From Patescibacteria group bacterium (GTDB lineage: Bacteria; Patescibacteriota; Minisyncoccia; Phycocordibacterales; Phycocordibacteraceae), in the NCBI GenBank assembly GCA_030837225.1, contig JAUPKX010000016.1, positions 1 to 57,537 of the forward strand: a stretch of DNA of 57,537 nt, in the 5' to 3' direction. This document shows, one piece after another, positions 28,664 to 37,108 of this stretch (position 1 is its first letter; every line of letters starts with the position of its first letter). The position numbers were made by a program, and so were the translations under genes. The notes under the pieces are model-generated. The model searched no databases. It was not told the DNA's origin and saw only the letters and a program-made list of their open reading frames with translations.

Positions 28664-29938
28664 ATGCAAAAGAATCTGAATGACATCATCCCCCCATCGC
28701 GTCGCCGTGCTATGGAAGGCAGTGAGAATGCTCCGGCGTACACCTCATCTGCGGTTCCGCCACCCCCTGTTTCTTTTGAGCGACCTGCATACGCACGTCC
28801 TATAGCATCGCGCCCGAAGCGCTCGTTTCCAGTTGGAACTGCCGTCGTTGCAGCAATTGTTATCCTAGGCTCAATAGGAGCCCTGTTCGCGTTCTCAGGT
28901 GCTGAGGTTAAGGTAACCGCAACAGAGAATCAGACTGCCGTTGCAGGCGAATTCCTTGCAACTGGTTCCTCTGGCGACCTACCGTTTGAAATTCTTACGG
29001 TTGAGAAGGTAGCGAGTGTCGAGGTTGAGAGCGAAGGCACTGAAACCGTTAATCAGTCTGCCCAGGGCACTCTCACTATCGAGAACAAGCAGACAGTGCC
29101 ACAGCAACTCATCAAGAACACTCGTTTTGAGACACCAGACGGGCTCATATTCCGTATTCGTGACTCGGTAACAGTTCCGGCAGCAAAGGGTGGTGCTCCA
29201 GGCACTCTCGTTACAACCGTCTACGCGGATGCAACCGGAGAAAGCTATAACGTAGCTGCTACAACCTTCACCCTTCCGGGCCTTAAGGGCGGCGCAACCT
29301 TTACCTTAGTTACGGCACGGTCTGCCGAGGCTATGAAGGGCGGCTTTGCGGGACCCCGTCCAAGTATTAAGGCGGCAACGCGAGACGCGAAGGCACAGGA
29401 GATTCGCACAAAGCTCGGCTCTGACATCGAGGCAGCAATCACTGAAGCAGTTCCAGAAGGGTACATTCTCGTTCCGGGAGGAAGTCGTGTGACGTATGAA
29501 CCGCAGCCAGACCAGGCAGCAGCAGGGAACTCAGTACAGATTTCTGAGAAGGCCATCGCAAGCATTGTAGTGTTCCCGAAAGAGGCACTTGCTCGCTCCA
29601 TCGCGTACCAGGTTGTTGGCTCCTATAGTGGCCAGCCAATCACTATCGAGGACGCCTCAGGCCTAACCCTAACGCCTGTAGGAGACCTTCCAGTCCCTGG
29701 AACCGAGGAATTTGCGTTCTCCTTGGCTGGAAATACCAAGGTTTTGTGGAGCGTAGACCCCGCAAAGATTGCGAGTGCCGTAGCAGGAAAGACATCCGCT
29801 CAGGCTGAGACTGTCCTCGCTGGATACCCAGAAGTTGAGCGCGCAGCCCTCGTCCTTCGTCCGTTCTGGAACCGTTCCTTCCCAGCGGACCCGGCCAAGA
29901 TCGATGTTAAGGTCGAGAACGCCCCGAAAGCCAAGTAA
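28664..29938 (+). CDS. Membrane-anchored baseplate-J-like domain protein
   Basis: DIIPP N-terminus, one TM, AQG.LTI.N, TRF.TPDGLIFR, V.AD..GE.YN and M.GG motifs. Confidence 0.65.
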   Translation: MQKNLNDIIPPSRRRAMEGSENAPAYTSSAVPPPPVSFERPAYARPIASRPKRSFPVGTAVVAAIVILGSIGALFAFSGAEVKVTATENQTAVAGEFLATGSSGDLPFEILTVEKVASVEVESEGTETVNQSAQGTLTIENKQTVPQQLIKNTRFETPDGLIFRIRDSVTVPAAKGGAPGTLVTTVYADATGESYNVAATTFTLPGLKGGATFTLVTARSAEAMKGGFAGPRPSIKAATRDAKAQEIRTKLGSDIEAAITEAVPEGYILVPGGSRVTYEPQPDQAAAGNSVQISEKAIASIVVFPKEALARSIAYQVVGSYSGQPITIEDASGLTLTPVGDLPVPGTEEFAFSLAGNTKVLWSVDPAKIASAVAGKTSAQAETVLAGYPEVERAALVLRPFWNRSFPADPAKIDVKVENAPKAK

Positions 29939-29954
29939 ATGAGGGATAACGCGG

Positions 29955-29983
29955 TTGACGCTCTTACCAGTCCTTGGTAGGAT
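29955..29983 (+). promoter_or_regulatory. sigma70 promoter of the infA-rpoA-rpsI operon
   Basis: TTGACG-N17-TAGGAT with TG extension. Confidence 0.7.
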
Positions 29984-29996
29984 GATGAAGCTTCAC

Positions 29997-30212
29997 ATGG
30001 AGGTAAGTAAAGAAGGCGCAGCTACCGGCTCCGTAGAGGAGGTGCTTCCTAATTCCCTTTTTAGGGTTAGGATGCCGACGGGAGAGCTCCAACTCGCTTA
30101 CCTTGCAGGAAAGATGCGCCTGCACCGGATACGCGTTCTGGTAGGTGACCAGGTAGAACTGGTTATCGACCCGTATGGCGGCCGGGCACGCATCGTGAGG
30201 CGGCTTAGCTAA
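29997..30212 (+). CDS. infA: Translation initiation factor IF-1
   Basis: G.VEEVLPN..FRV and [16 protein letters not shown] motifs. Confidence 0.95.
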   Translation: MEVSKEGAATGSVEEVLPNSLFRVRMPTGELQLAYLAGKMRLHRIRVLVGDQVELVIDPYGGRARIVRRLS

Positions 30213-30223
30213 ATATCCTAACG

Positions 30224-30340
30224 ATGAAGGTACGCGCATCCATTAAAGTCCAGCAGCCTGGAGATATCATCGTCCGCCGTCGCGGACGCTTGTACCGTAT
30301 CAACAAGCGCAATCCTCGCCGCAAGGCACGTCAGGGCTAA
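30224..30340 (+). CDS. rpmJ: 50S ribosomal protein L36, zinc-free type (below the ORF-track cutoff)
   Basis: Manual translation [38 protein letters not shown]; between infA and rpsM. Confidence 0.95.
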   Translation: MKVRASIKVQQPGDIIVRRRGRLYRINKRNPRRKARQG

Positions 30341-30381
30341 AGCCGTCTTATTTCATTTACCTTACTTAATCCTCGTATCCC

Positions 30382-30762
30382 ATGCGTATCGCCGGTGTAA
30401 CCCTTCCAGACGACAAGCAGCTCGCATACGCGCTGCCTCTTATCTTTGGTATCGGACCGACGCGTGCTCTTGAGATTCTTAAGACAGCGAAAGTTGAGCC
30501 TACTCGCAAGGGAAGCGATCTCTCCGCAGACGAGGAGCAGACTATCCGTACACTCGCTGAGGCCTACACCATCGAGGGAGAGCTTCGCCGCGAGGAGGGA
30601 CAGAACGTGAAGCGCTTGAAGGACATTCGTTCTGCACGTGGCATCCGTCACGAGCGCCGTCTTCCAGTTCGCGCACAGCGCACCAAGACAAACTCCCGCA
30701 CCGTTCGTGGAAACACTCGTAAGACGATGGGTTCTGGTCGCCGTACGCTCGAGAAGACATAA
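30382..30762 (+). CDS. rpsM: 30S ribosomal protein S13
   Basis: MRIAGV, IFGIG and LPVRAQRTKTNSRT motifs. Confidence 0.97.
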   Translation: MRIAGVTLPDDKQLAYALPLIFGIGPTRALEILKTAKVEPTRKGSDLSADEEQTIRTLAEAYTIEGELRREEGQNVKRLKDIRSARGIRHERRLPVRAQRTKTNSRTVRGNTRKTMGSGRRTLEKT

Positions 30763-30789
30763 TCCGCGGACATACACTTTTAATTCACT

Positions 30790-31224
30790 ATGGGAAAGAA
30801 ACGAATCATCAAGAAGTCAGGCAAGGGCATGGACCAGGGCCGCAAGGACCGTGCAATGTCCAAGGCTGTTAAGAAGCGTCTTGAGCGTGGTGTGCTTCAC
30901 GTTGAGGCCACTTTCAACAACACGAAGGTTGTGCTCACGGACGAGGCAGGCAACGCAATCATGTCTTCTTCAGCAGGTGCTCTTGGCTTCTCGGGTGCTC
31001 GTAAGTCCACTCCCTACGCTGCAACCAAGGTCGGCGAGCTTATCGGCGACAAGGCTATCCTCATTGGCCTTAAGGAAGCATCGGTGGTTATCCGCGGCAT
31101 TGGCGCTGGACGTGAGTCCGCACTCCGCGGTTTCTCAACCAAGGGCATCGCGATTCGTTCTATCAAGGACGCAACGCCGGTCCCACATAACGGCCCACGC
31201 CCTAAGAAGGCTCGCCGCGTATAG
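30790..31224 (+). CDS. rpsK: 30S ribosomal protein S11
   Basis: ATFNNT, RKSTPYAA and DATPVPHNG motifs. Confidence 0.97.
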   Translation: MGKKRIIKKSGKGMDQGRKDRAMSKAVKKRLERGVLHVEATFNNTKVVLTDEAGNAIMSSSAGALGFSGARKSTPYAATKVGELIGDKAILIGLKEASVVIRGIGAGRESALRGFSTKGIAIRSIKDATPVPHNGPRPKKARRV

Positions 31225-31245
31225 TCTTTCTCATTCTCTCTACCT

Positions 31246-31860
31246 ATGAAAATCGGACCTAAGTACAAGATCGCGAAGCGCCTCGGCGCATCCGTCTTCG
31301 AGAAGACCCAGACTCAGAAGTTTGCTATCGCTGAAGAGCGTGCAGCACGTAACAAGAAGGGACGTCGCCAGAACCAGACTGAGTTCGGCAAGCAGCTTCT
31401 TGAGAAGCAGAAAGTTCGTATGACCTACGGTCTTTCTGAGAAGCAGTTCTCAAACTACGTTGCAACGGCAACCTCAACACACGGCAAGCCCCCAGCACAG
31501 ACCCTCCACCGCCTCCTCGAGCTACGCCTAGACAACATTGCGTACCGCATCGGGCTAGCACCGACGCGTAGGGCTAGCCGCCAGATGGTCTCGCACGGAC
31601 ACCTCACCGTGAACGGCGTGAAGACAACAATCCCGTCACGTGCAATGAAAATTGGTGACAAGATCGGTGTGCGCGAGGGCTCGAAAAGTGCGGTGCTGTT
31701 CGAGAATTTCGCTGAGAAGTTCCTCGAGCGCCCAACGCTTTCTCCTTGGCTCTCATGGGATGCCAAGAAGATGGAGGGTGGTGTTAATGAGGTACCAACC
31801 GAGGAGGCAGCGTCTCCTGCGGGTGATCTTGTTGCCGTGCTCTCGTTCTACAGCCGCTAG
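31246..31860 (+). CDS. rpsD: 30S ribosomal protein S4
   Basis: QLLEKQK, LELRLDN, RQMVSHGH and FYSR motifs. Confidence 0.97.
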   Translation: MKIGPKYKIAKRLGASVFEKTQTQKFAIAEERAARNKKGRRQNQTEFGKQLLEKQKVRMTYGLSEKQFSNYVATATSTHGKPPAQTLHRLLELRLDNIAYRIGLAPTRRASRQMVSHGHLTVNGVKTTIPSRAMKIGDKIGVREGSKSAVLFENFAEKFLERPTLSPWLSWDAKKMEGGVNEVPTEEAASPAGDLVAVLSFYSR

Positions 31861-31907
31861 TTGTTATACGTTTGTTAGCTTTATTGTTGGTTTAATCTGA
31901 TTGAGTT

Positions 31908-32861
31908 ATGGAATACCACATCACGCTCCCGTCGAAGCCCCGTGTCGTCTCAGAAGAAGGCGTTCAGGGTGTTTATGAGATCGATTCTCTCTACCCAGGC
32001 TACGGCCACACTCTCGGCAACTCACTACGCCGTATTATTCACGCATCACTTCCTGGTGCTGCGGTTACCTCCGTTAAGATCGAAGGCGTTTCCCATGAGT
32101 TCGCTACTATGGAAGGCGTTCGCGAGTCCGTTATGGAGGTTCTTCTTAACCTCAAGCGCATTCACTTCACACTGCATGGCGACGAGGCGCAGACCATCTC
32201 TCTTTCAGTTAAGGGACCAAAGCAGGTTACAGCAGCTGATTTCAAGCTTCCAAGCCAGGTTGAGATCTCAAACCCTGACATGCACATTGCTGACATTTCG
32301 GGCAAGGTTTCGTTTGAACTTGAGGCTACTATCGAGCGCGGTCTTGGGTACGTTGCTCGCGAAGTTCTTACCAAGGAGAAGGTTGATATCGGCACCATCG
32401 CTCTTGATGCTACCTTCACCCCGATTCGCCGCGTTAACTACGAGGTTGAGAATATGCGCGTTGGAGACCGTACGGACTTCAACCGCCTCCGGATGCTTAT
32501 CGAGACGAACGGTACGATTTCTCCTCGCGAGGCACTCGAGCGTTCTATCGAGACCATGATCCAGCAGCTCTCCGCTGTTATTGGCTTCCAGGACTCACGT
32601 GAGGGAGAGTCTCCTGACTCCTCAAAGGGTATCGCTGACGACAAGTCTGTCGGCAAGGACCCTGCAAAGGTGAAGGTTGAGGAACTTGAGCTTGGCGCTC
32701 GCGTAACAACCGCTCTTCAGGATGCAGGTATCAAGTCTGTTGCAGGTCTCGTTAAGAAGACGTCCACTCAGCTCCTCGAGCTCGACGGTGTCGGCGAGAA
32801 GGCAGTGGTTGATATCTCTGAGGCCCTCGACAAGCTCGGACTCGAGCTCAAAGGCGAGTAA
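31908..32861 (+). CDS. rpoA: RNA polymerase alpha subunit
   Basis: GYGHTLGNSLRR, HEF and RVGDRTDF motifs. Confidence 0.98.
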   Translation: MEYHITLPSKPRVVSEEGVQGVYEIDSLYPGYGHTLGNSLRRIIHASLPGAAVTSVKIEGVSHEFATMEGVRESVMEVLLNLKRIHFTLHGDEAQTISLSVKGPKQVTAADFKLPSQVEISNPDMHIADISGKVSFELEATIERGLGYVAREVLTKEKVDIGTIALDATFTPIRRVNYEVENMRVGDRTDFNRLRMLIETNGTISPREALERSIETMIQQLSAVIGFQDSREGESPDSSKGIADDKSVGKDPAKVKVEELELGARVTTALQDAGIKSVAGLVKKTSTQLLELDGVGEKAVVDISEALDKLGLELKGE

Positions 32862-32898
32862 TTTGGACGTAGTTAGGAATTCGTGTTAAAAAAGATAT

Positions 32899-33252
32899 AT
32901 GCGCCATCATCACAAAGGAAGGACGTTCGGACGACCGCATGACCAGCGCGTAGCGTTGATGCGTTCCCTGATGCGTTCCTTGATCATCCACGAGCGCATT
33001 TCGACGACCGAGGCAAAGGCTAAAGAGCTCCGCCCGATCATCGAGAAGCTTGTATCCCACGCTCGCGTGGATTCGGTGGCTAACCGTCGCCTCGTGGCTG
33101 CACGCCTTGGTAACGATGACGAGTCTACTGCGAAGCTCTTCGCAACGATCGCTCCTCGCTACACCGAGCGCCCTGGGGGTTACACCCGTATCGTAAAGCG
33201 TGCTGCAACCGCAACCGACGGACGCAAGCAGGCCTACATCGCATTCGTATAA
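32899..33252 (+). CDS. rplQ: 50S ribosomal protein L17
   Basis: MRH, I.TTEAKAKELR and RPGGYTRI motifs. Confidence 0.97.
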   Translation: MRHHHKGRTFGRPHDQRVALMRSLMRSLIIHERISTTEAKAKELRPIIEKLVSHARVDSVANRRLVAARLGNDDESTAKLFATIAPRYTERPGGYTRIVKRAATATDGRKQAYIAFV

Positions 33253-33256
33253 CATC

Positions 33257-33634
33257 ATGACTACCACTAAGACTCAGAAAGGAGAGCGCACGCTCTACAC
33301 CATCGACGCCGCTGGCGGCGCTCTTGGACGCGTCGCGTCTGAAGCGGCTTCCGTGCTTCTCGGCAAGAAGTCTGCAAACTACATGCAGAACGAAGTTATG
33401 CCGGTTGAGGTTGAGATCATAAATGCGTCGAAGCTCGTCATGACGGAGAAGCGAATTGCTGGCAAGGAGTACACCCGCTACACGGGATACCCAGGCGGTC
33501 TTCGTATTACGTCTCTCGCAAACCTTCTTCAGAAGAAGGGCGTCGGCGAGGCACTCTGGAAGGCGGTTGACGGCATGATTCCTCGCAACAAGCTTCGCAA
33601 GGAGCGCATGAAGCGTCTTACCATAACTGATTAA
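33257..33634 (+). CDS. rplM: 50S ribosomal protein L13
   Basis: IDA.G..LGRVAS..A..LLGK, YTGYPGGL and GMIPRNKL motifs. Confidence 0.96.
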   Translation: MTTTKTQKGERTLYTIDAAGGALGRVASEAASVLLGKKSANYMQNEVMPVEVEIINASKLVMTEKRIAGKEYTRYTGYPGGLRITSLANLLQKKGVGEALWKAVDGMIPRNKLRKERMKRLTITD

Positions 33635-33635
33635 T

Positions 33636-34040
33636 ATGCCCGAGAACACACAGAACTACGTCACCGCCGTTGGACGCCGCAAAACGGCTTCTGCGCGCGT
33701 GAAGCTGACTCCAGCGGACAAGAACTCAGTTACGGTTAACGGCATGGATGCGCGCGCGTATTTCAATACTGCAGAGCGCGAGTCAGTTACCGGAGACGCG
33801 TTCCGCGTTGAGGAGCACAAGAACAACTACGAGGTTATGGCGCGCGTCCAGGGTGGCGGCAAGAGCGCACAGGCTGTAGCGGTTCGCCATGCGATCTCTC
33901 GTGCTCTTACGCTTATCGAGGAGGGAAGCCGCCCAGCTCTTAAGGCTGCAGGTTTCCTTAAGCGCGATCCTCGTGCGGTTGAGCGAAAGAAGCCAGGACT
34001 TCGAAAGGCCCGCAAGAGCCCACAGTGGTCTAAGCGTTAA
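33636..34040 (+). CDS. rpsI: 30S ribosomal protein S9
   Basis: GRRKTA, GGG..AQA and RDPRAVERKKPGLRKARKSPQWSKR motifs. Confidence 0.98.
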   Translation: MPENTQNYVTAVGRRKTASARVKLTPADKNSVTVNGMDARAYFNTAERESVTGDAFRVEEHKNNYEVMARVQGGGKSAQAVAVRHAISRALTLIEEGSRPALKAAGFLKRDPRAVERKKPGLRKARKSPQWSKR

Positions 34041-34047
34041 TCCCCTC

Positions 34048-34082
34048 GAACAACACCGCACTCTGCGGTGTTTGTTCTTTTC
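34048..34082 (+). terminator. Intrinsic terminator of the ribosomal operon
   Basis: aacaccgca/tgcggtgtt hairpin followed by T-tract. Confidence 0.8.
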
Positions 34083-34132
34083 TGCGGATACTCTATAGTT
34101 TTTGAGGAACTTGATGTTTGGGAGGAATCGCT

Positions 34133-34657
34133 ATGGAGACCTGGAATCTCGGCAGGTTCCTGGTTCAGGGCCTGCCACGAGAAGTTGGATCGCTACGACT
34201 TACTGAAGCATGCTGCATCTCAGACGATGCTGTACGAGCGTGGATGATGCAATTCATCCCTCGTGATATTCCTTCGGGCGCTACACCGCCCTGGAAGTTC
34301 AGGGTCTATGTTATGTGGGAGCCTTGCAACGAGGATCTCGTATTGACCCTCTGCGCGTACGCGTGCATCGCACTACCCAAAAGCGCTCGAAGGTGGCTTG
34401 AATACACTGTTCAGCGTCACAACCAAGACGCAGCAGTTCAACACGTTGTTACCGAGAACGGTGACGGCACCCTGTCGCTCCGTGTCTCACGCAGTGCTGA
34501 GTTAAGTGCAGCACGCGTGCAGCTCCTTGCGGCGAGCAATCCGTCCTCGGCGATCGTGCAGCCGTTCTTCGAGTCTTACACGGAGAGCACCGAACTCCTG
34601 CTTCAGGCATGGAAAGACGGTCTTCGTGTGGGGAACGCGTATCGGCAATTACATTAA
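34133..34657 (+). CDS. Hypothetical protein (orphan-like)
   Basis: GGAGGA Shine-Dalgarno before the ATG; followed by a hairpin at about 34661-34693. Confidence 0.55.
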   Translation: METWNLGRFLVQGLPREVGSLRLTEACCISDDAVRAWMMQFIPRDIPSGATPPWKFRVYVMWEPCNEDLVLTLCAYACIALPKSARRWLEYTVQRHNQDAAVQHVVTENGDGTLSLRVSRSAELSAARVQLLAASNPSSAIVQPFFESYTESTELLLQAWKDGLRVGNAYRQLH

Positions 34658-34728
34658 GGCTCGGGCCCTGGAAGAGATTCTGGGGCCCGCTTTACGTATT
34701 CTTCACCTGCTCGTCGTATACTTCCTGT

Positions 34729-35121
34729 ATGAAAGGATACATACAAAACATCGAGTCAGAGACACTTGAGAACACTAACTTCAGGAAGGTGCTGTATACC
34801 GCTTCGTATCTGCAGCTCGTACTCATGAGTATTCCCGCAGGCGAGGATATTGGTGAAGAGGTACACGGGCAAGATCAGTTTATACGTATTGAAGCAGGAA
34901 ATGGCAAAGCGATACTTGATGATGTGTTGCATGATATTGCGGACGGCTCGGTTATCGTTATACCGGCAGGTACTAAGCACAACATCGTGAACGGAGGCGA
35001 AGGGGATTTGAAGCTCTATTCCATCTATGCGATGCCACACCACAAGGATGATGTGGTACATGCAACGAAAGCTGATGCAGAGAGAGACGAGGAGGAGTTT
35101 CTTGGGGATACGACGGAGTAA
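34729..35121 (+). CDS. Cupin domain protein
   Basis: NTNFRKVLYT, IGEEVH..DQFIRIE.G, IPAGTKHN and LKLYSIY motifs. Confidence 0.92.
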   Translation: MKGYIQNIESETLENTNFRKVLYTASYLQLVLMSIPAGEDIGEEVHGQDQFIRIEAGNGKAILDDVLHDIADGSVIVIPAGTKHNIVNGGEGDLKLYSIYAMPHHKDDVVHATKADAERDEEEFLGDTTE

Positions 35122-35167
35122 GGGGTTTTTCAGTCAGTAACCCCACTAGCTCCTATATACTCTTCTT

Positions 35168-35842
35168 ATGACTATTTTGGACGAGGAACAGGAATATTTT
35201 ATTTCCTGGGCCAAGGGAGTTGTTGGAGAGGACTCTGTTTTAGAGAAGGAACCGCATGGAGATGAGGGTGTTGTATACAAGTTGCAGACACCTAGTGGAA
35301 ACTATTATCTTAAGCTCAAAAAAGGTTCAGATTTTTCTAGCGAGAGACAGCGACTTGATTGGCTACAGAACAAGCTGCCTGTTCCAAAAGTTGTTGCATC
35401 TACTCAGAAAAATGGAGTCGGTGCGTTACTGCTCACAGCGATTGAAGGAAGGAACCTGGCAGCACTTTGTAAGGAGTGGTCTGCTGAGAAAGTCATTGAT
35501 CAATTAGTACAAGCACTCAAGCATTTCCATGCTGCAGATCCAGCAAACTGGCCGTTTGAAGAGCACGAGGATGGAATGGTGCTTGTCCATAGCGATGCCT
35601 GCCTGCCAAACTTCATTTTTACGGAAGAGAATTTTAGTGGATATGTTGATTTAGGAGAGTCAGCTCTAGGACCTGTAGAGATAGACCTACGGGCGGCAGT
35701 ATGGAGTCTTCAGTACAATCTCGGGGCTGGTCATGGTCTAGATTTCCTTAGGAAATACGGATATCAAAATGCTACCGAGAAGCAGATCATGGAATTTATT
35801 CACGAGTACGAGGACCTTCAGAGAGCACACAGCTTACTTTAG
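35168..35842 (+). CDS. Aminoglycoside phosphotransferase-like kinase (APH(3')-related)
   Basis: YLK, E..RL.WL...LPVP, HSDACLPNF (Brenner-like) and YVDLG motifs. Confidence 0.8.
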   Translation: MTILDEEQEYFISWAKGVVGEDSVLEKEPHGDEGVVYKLQTPSGNYYLKLKKGSDFSSERQRLDWLQNKLPVPKVVASTQKNGVGALLLTAIEGRNLAALCKEWSAEKVIDQLVQALKHFHAADPANWPFEEHEDGMVLVHSDACLPNFIFTEENFSGYVDLGESALGPVEIDLRAAVWSLQYNLGAGHGLDFLRKYGYQNATEKQIMEFIHEYEDLQRAHSLL

Positions 35843-35879
35843 TAAGTACTACCTCGAAATAACGTCTATACTTATACCT

Positions 35880-36425
35880 ATGAAAAACTCAGCGGTAGTT
35901 CTTGTCGCATTGTTTGTTTTAGTTATTCCTGCCCTAACAAAGGCAGAGAGTCCTACGATGTGTACCATGCAGTACGACCCGGTTTGCGGCACGGAAAATG
36001 GTGTCTATAAGACCTACGGGAACGGCTGTGTACTTGGCGCTGAAGGTGCGGTGTACCAGCACGAGGGCGAGTGTACGGCAACCGAACTAAGTGGAAAGCA
36101 GGAAGGGAACTATACGCCTCCAGCACACTGCACCGCATGGTTTGATGGCTGTAACAGCTGCAGCAGGAACGCGAGCGGCCAGAGCATGTGTACGCTTATG
36201 GCATGCATGGGGGAGCCGAAAGCTGGGTACTGCAGGGTGTACGCAGAAACTGAGCCTGAGACACCTCCACCCCCTCAGGAGACTGTTGGAGGTGGGAGTA
36301 TTGAGCCTGTAGAGGCTGAGGTAGTTATCGAAGCTACAACAACCGCTGAGGCTGATCCAGGATTCCTCTTTGGCATCTGGAGAGCAATTGCTGCGTGGTT
36401 TCGAGCGTTCTTCCAGTCTCTTTGA
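35880..36425 (+). CDS. Secreted Kazal-domain protein with a second Cys-rich (pacifastin-like) module
   Basis: Signal peptide; CTMQYDPVCG...TYGNGC...GEC; CTAWFDGCNSC...CTLMAC; amphipathic C-terminal helix. Confidence 0.75.
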   Translation: MKNSAVVLVALFVLVIPALTKAESPTMCTMQYDPVCGTENGVYKTYGNGCVLGAEGAVYQHEGECTATELSGKQEGNYTPPAHCTAWFDGCNSCSRNASGQSMCTLMACMGEPKAGYCRVYAETEPETPPPPQETVGGGSIEPVEAEVVIEATTTAEADPGFLFGIWRAIAAWFRAFFQSL

Positions 36426-36458
36426 CGGTCTTCTCTGTTTCGGGCATAGTCTTTGTAT

Positions 36459-37013
36459 ATGGATGAGAACGAGGACCTAACAATTGAGCGAGACGGCTCT
36501 GAAGAAGACGGCATGAGCGAGGTTGAGCTTGAGGAGCGCGAATCGCGTGTTGATACGAAACTTTCGAAGCTTACAAAAGAGCTTGATGCGTGCAAGAAGG
36601 AGCGCCAGGAACACCTTGATGGCTGGCAGCGTGCTAAAGCAGATTATGTGAATGCACTGAAGCGCTTTGAGGAGGAGCGTATGGAGGCTGTGAAGCTTGG
36701 GACTGTGAAAGCATCACACGCATTCATTACTGCCATGGACTCACTCGCGCGTGCAGAATCTGCAGGAGAGATCCCCGCATCCTTCCAGGCTATTGCAAAG
36801 CAGCTTCATGACGCGGCGAACTCGCTTGGACTTGAAACGTTTGGATCTGTTGGAGAGGTGTTCGACCCAATGCTGCACGAGGCACTCGGACAGGACTCGG
36901 TTGATTCCAAAGAGAAGGATGATGTAATAACGGCTGTCCTTGAGCCAGGCTGGAAGGCAGGAGACCTTGTAGTTCGTCCAGCCAAAGTGCGCGTGGGAAG
37001 CTTCGAAGACTAG
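36459..37013 (+). CDS. grpE: Nucleotide exchange factor GrpE
   Basis: QRAKADYVN, FDPMLHEA and VVRPAKV motifs. Confidence 0.95.
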   Translation: MDENEDLTIERDGSEEDGMSEVELEERESRVDTKLSKLTKELDACKKERQEHLDGWQRAKADYVNALKRFEEERMEAVKLGTVKASHAFITAMDSLARAESAGEIPASFQAIAKQLHDAANSLGLETFGSVGEVFDPMLHEALGQDSVDSKEKDDVITAVLEPGWKAGDLVVRPAKVRVGSFED

Positions 37014-37017
37014 GGAC

Positions 37018-37045
37018 TTGAACCCCACCGTAGGAAGCGTAAAAT
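37018..37045 (+). promoter_or_regulatory. sigma70-type promoter for dnaK
   Basis: TTGAAC-N16-TAAAAT. Confidence 0.55.
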
Positions 37046-37108
37046 GAAGGGACCTGGGCGCATGGGCGTTTTTGTAAGGGTTTCTCTAACAACCTAACTA
37101 ATTTCACT

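Noticed and set aside
28664-29938. Prophage, suggested by the baseplate-J-like gene
   Set aside because: No other phage genes nearby; the protein is TM-anchored and sits among core genes.
37011-37030. Minus-strand T-arm-like hairpin (TGGGG-TTCAAGT-CCCTA) suggesting a tRNA between grpE and dnaK
   Set aside because: No acceptor or anticodon stems can be built; the sequence is better explained as the dnaK -35 box (TTGAAC).
36426-37108. CIRCE heat-shock operator before grpE or dnaK
   Set aside because: No TTAGCACTC-N9-GAGTGCTAA match was seen in either intergenic region.
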